Under the pieces are notes generated by a model, which was given only the letters and a program-made list of their open reading frames with translations, did no database searches and had not been told where the DNA came from. Below are positions 60,257 to 64,000 of a stretch of 64,000 bases of DNA, in pieces. Every line of letters starts with the position of its first letter. The stretch's first letter is position 1. The DNA lies in contig OZ287070.1 in assembly GCA_965645245.1 (NCBI GenBank), positions 496,001 to 560,000 of the forward strand, in the 5' to 3' direction. The stretch comes from Massalongia carnosa (taxonomy: Eukaryota). A program made the translations under genes and the position numbers.

Positions 60257-62284
60257 TTTAGTGTATGTGGTGCGAAGTCCTGCGCGCCGTGAAAAGAATG
60301 AATGGAAAAAGAATGAAATAGAGAGCGTGGGGGAGAGTAGAGACCGAATTGCTGAATAGCACGTGTGGATGGTAGATACATACCTGGGAATGCTCATGCC
60401 TTTATATAGGCTGAATGCCTCCTTCTCGCATCGCGATAAAGGAGGGTCAGGGCTCAGGAGTGTAGCGGGGTGCCGTAAGATGGTGGCAGTGACCTAATCG
60501 CCTTCAGCTAGGTATTGAGGGCTTGAGGTGCCAAAAAAAATGTGTGATGGCGGAGTGTGGGTGGGGAGGCCGTGATTGGACGAGATGAGATTTCAGTCCG
60601 ATTTCCGTTTCAGCATGTGCAGGGCTGTTGGAGCCCCATGCGGTCTAGTGTGACTAAGTAAGCATTTCGCATGGTCCCTTTTCACCATTCATGCCTTCTA
60701 TGATTCCTGTGGTCTTGTCCCTGTGCTTTGCATTCGTGCACCAAAAAAGCCTTAGGTCAAGAAAACCTCCACACAGTATCCCCATTGGTGAGAGGCATTC
60801 TCCCGGTACAAGGAGCGGACATTCCTCGCCCGAAATGGGTTTGTCGCCTGGGAGCATGAATCTGAGTACTTATTGGTTTTCTCTGTCACCATCGGTTCGC
60901 TTTCCGTGCTGTTGAGGGGAGGGCTCTGGAATGTGGAATCGCTCCTGAAATCTCCTTTCATCCCTTGTCTTGGCGTCTATAAGACACCATGATGACCAAC
61001 AAATGGGAGTAAGAATGATCCATGGTCCTTCTCCATCGCTCAGGGGGTGGTAGCCGTTGAGCTCCTGATCCTCTTGGAAGTTGTAATCACATGGAGTGAA
61101 ACTATGTATGCAAACGTTCCCACGAACCGCCTGGGACGACGATATCATGGCTATCTCTTCTGAGTAATGAATGACGTTTGGTATGCTGGTCATGTTCCAT
61201 TATGGAGCCTAGTTCCTCGGATTGCAGGGACATCGTAAGGTGGAGGCACATGAGCTTCCCCCAAGAAGGGTGGTGAACTTCGTGATATGATTATTAGGCT
61301 AATTGAAGGTTGGGTGGTTAGTCATCCCTTAGTCGCCTTGATCCCGGGTTAGGCACGTAGGTAGGCACGTAGGTAGGTGAGATGGATATCGCGATCTAAA
61401 TTCGAATCTTTCAACGATCCAGTCAACTCCTGGGATTACACGTAGCTTTCCAACAAGCAGCCACCATTACTTGGTCTTAATTGATGAGATCTGGCGAGCC
61501 TCACGATGCTTTACTAATTTCATGGTCCACAATAGCTAGCTTCGAACTCAATAACCTTGTTTCCACCAGTTGAGAATACGGATACCTTCAAGCACACCCA
61601 AACTTATCGACTGAGTTGCTTGCTTCGCCATCCATCGTCCCAACCTGACCTCGCTCCTCTACCGAGGTATTTGAATCCTACATGAACGGGTCTGTCGAGT
61701 TATCGCTTGACATAGCCCACCATCTTGTCTTCAAGCAATACAACAGTAAACCCTACGTTCTTAAACCATCCCATCTGTCCTGCTTACCAACCCCCCACCC
61801 CCCCCCCCCCCCCCCGACTTTCTCTTTAAATCAGCCGACTACTCCGTCTCCAGAGAGCTGGAGCCATGCTCCCAAAACACAACACCCTCAAGCATAGCCA
61901 GCTACCTACCTTTGTCTTGAAATCTACCTTAAATGAGAGGGTCTGGCAGGGTTACGTCGCCAACCTTTCCTAGTTTGGGTAGCTTAACGGGGGGTTTCAG
62001 GACTTATGTCATCACACAGGTGGGGCGATGACAATTTTCAAACAGTTCTATGGCGATCAATGGGTGCCATGGGCTGTAGGCTACCATCAGCTGGAATAGA
62101 CCTAGCGATGGCTTGCGGAACAGAAGAACATGCGTTGATGATATATAAAGCAGGCATGAAACTCATTGATGGGTTTTTGTGGCAGTATCCAAAGTGTTGT
62201 CAGCATTGGCGAAGTCTGCGTTCGGTGGATTTTTTCTTCTTCCAAACCGAGAAGCAATGAACAAGCCAGTCTTGCTGGTTATCA

Positions 62285-64000
62285 TTATTGCCTCACCCTC
62301 TTGCTTTTCCCTAGTAAGTCAGGGAATGAAAACTGAACCGCAACCCCTTGCGACCTGGCAAACTCAACGGCGTCCACGTGGACCGAAGCACAATTCTTGA
62401 GATTGAGATATTCGAGCTTCGCATGCGGCTTCAGTACGAGCGCTTTCACGCCCACACCAGTGACTTTGCTGGACTCGAGATCCAGAACTTTTAAGTGGTG
62501 CAATCTAGTAGCCAGAGCTTCTGCAAGTGCATCGTTGACAGCGCTATCTCCAAGACCTAATTTAACGACCCCGTCCAAGAATCCAAGTCGTAAAAGACAG
62601 TGTATACCCGCCACGTCAAGTTTATGGCATCCCCTAATATTCAGCGATTGAATTCTCCCTTGACTTGGTCGGAGTAGTTCAGAAAACTCAGCTATCTCTA
62701 GATCATAGAAATTTACCAACGAAAGACTTCTCAACGCAGGCAGAGAGCAGTTCAACATGCTAAACATGCTGTCAATGGTCCTGCCGGTCTTGCTACCGCT
62801 ATCAGTAAGATCTAGACTCGATATTGACGGTGGTAATTGAGGAAAACCAAGGCCAATGCTGTGCGCGAGACTGAGTTGTCGAAGCTGGGTCAGAGCACTA
62901 AAGTCCAAACTTGTAGGCTGTGGCCTATGCAACCAGTTCCAACCTTGAATAGCCAGATTTTTGACTAAAGGAATTGCCAACAAGAGCATGTCCTAGTAAT
63001 CTAATTTAGTAGATACAATCTGACCAAATGCTTTATGCTTACCAAGTTGAGTGTGGACCCTGATACGGGTTCCCTTCTTTTGACGCTCAACACCAGCGAG
63101 CGGATTTGGGGCATATTGCTTGGCCACTTGACTATAGTGCTATGAGAAATTACGTTGTGGAACTCCGCTCGCTCGATGCTGCTACAATGACCCAAGAACT
63201 GACTTAAGGTATCAAGAGTGAGTTCGCAACTACCTGAAAGAATGACGGTCTTCAGAGTTTTCGCGAAAGGGGCTGCTTTAAGAAGCGTACTACCACTGAG
63301 GCCACTAGCAACGTCTATGTGTTCTAACCTCTTGCAATGTTGGGTAATGTACCTCAGAATCTCATCATGATGGGGTTTCGAAAAGTGGAAAGTTGCTCTT
63401 GTGGTGCTTCCATTCGAATTTTTCACATAGCTACGTATTGCACCCATGGAGACCGGCTTGACAGCACCCGAAAAGTCAAGATGCCTCCACATTCTCGGCA
63501 TCGAGATCATCATTGACCGCCATGACTTGGATACACATAGAAGTTTTCTATAACAGTGATTATGGAATTAGTGAGGCAAGATTTGAGGCAGAGAATGACT
63601 TACACGACCGTTTGAAAGCCCACATGCTGCAGAATAAGCTCAGCGAGCTCCCCCGGTAAGACGTTCATCGGATCAACAGTTCTTATATGCATGCATAGTT
63701 TATCATGCATGTGCCGGAGAAGCTATACCTGCAACTGAGCATGTAGAGAGGAGTGGTGGTTAAGGACTGACCTCAATGTTAGTACTTCCAGAAGATATTA
63801 TCTTCAGGCCAAATTTGTAAATTCTTAAAGCCAATTGATTTTCTCCTAGGAGTTGAAGAACTTTCCCAGTACGGAGATAACCCTAAGTACATCAGAAACC
63901 ATGCAATGGGAGGTGGTCCTACTGCTCTATTACCATACAACTGGCCTTGTCCTCCCGAATCATACGCTTTCCATCCCGTAATGCAGCTTGCAGATCGCCA
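62285..64000 (-). CDS. TPR-F-box-LRR protein (Dia2/Pof3-like), 5' end outside window
   Basis: TPR-like AALRDGKRMI..GYLRTGKVLQLLG; F-box DPMNVLPGELAELILQHV..CVSKSW..W..LDFS; LRRs LDLESSKVTGVGVKALV; several introns. Confidence 0.85.

Noticed and set aside
60257..60397. Upstream in-frame start extending the chitinase
   Set aside because: The signal peptide begins at ATG 60256; the extension looks like C/T-rich 5' UTR just after a TATA-like element.
19249..64000. Several ubiquitin-system genes (two F-box, BTB, CTLH scaffold) as a functional cluster
   Set aside because: Spread over 45 kb among unrelated genes; these families are common.
1..64000. tRNA, rRNA or snoRNA genes
   Set aside because: No cloverleaf, 5S or convincing box C/D or H/ACA pattern seen by eye; a covariance-model scan would be needed to exclude them.

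Overview
Fungal nuclear DNA with spliceosomal introns (Pezizomycotina; a lichen-forming Lecanoromycetes-type host is plausible but not provable here). Conserved genes in order: COX4 (runs off the left end), esdC, RPB2, an intronless secreted DUF3494 ice-binding-type protein, a ZIFL/YCR023C-like MFS, a WD40 protein resembling Aladin, a 2x cNMP-F-box-LRR protein, a GHITM/MICS1-type Bax-inhibitor protein, a BTB protein, two divergent Myb/SANT-like genes, a SCOC/Slo1-like protein, an SLC18-like MFS, a RanBPM-type SPRY-LisH-CTLH-CRA protein, IES4, a GH18 chitinase and a TPR-F-box-LRR gene (runs off the right end). About 23.9-32.7 kb is a nested transposon island. It holds a 951-bp Copia-type mini LTR element (TRIM), a putative CACTA-like element carrying a spliced orphan gene, a pogo/Fot1 element with ~200-bp TIRs, and two Tc1-like elements. 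Both Tc1-like elements show DD37E/DD41E spacing, paired CxxC motifs and non-TA target duplications, one supported by an empty-site paralog inside the window. A 5'-truncated Tad-like LINE lies at 46.8-48.2 kb. All family assignments come from motif recognition by eye; no searches were run.
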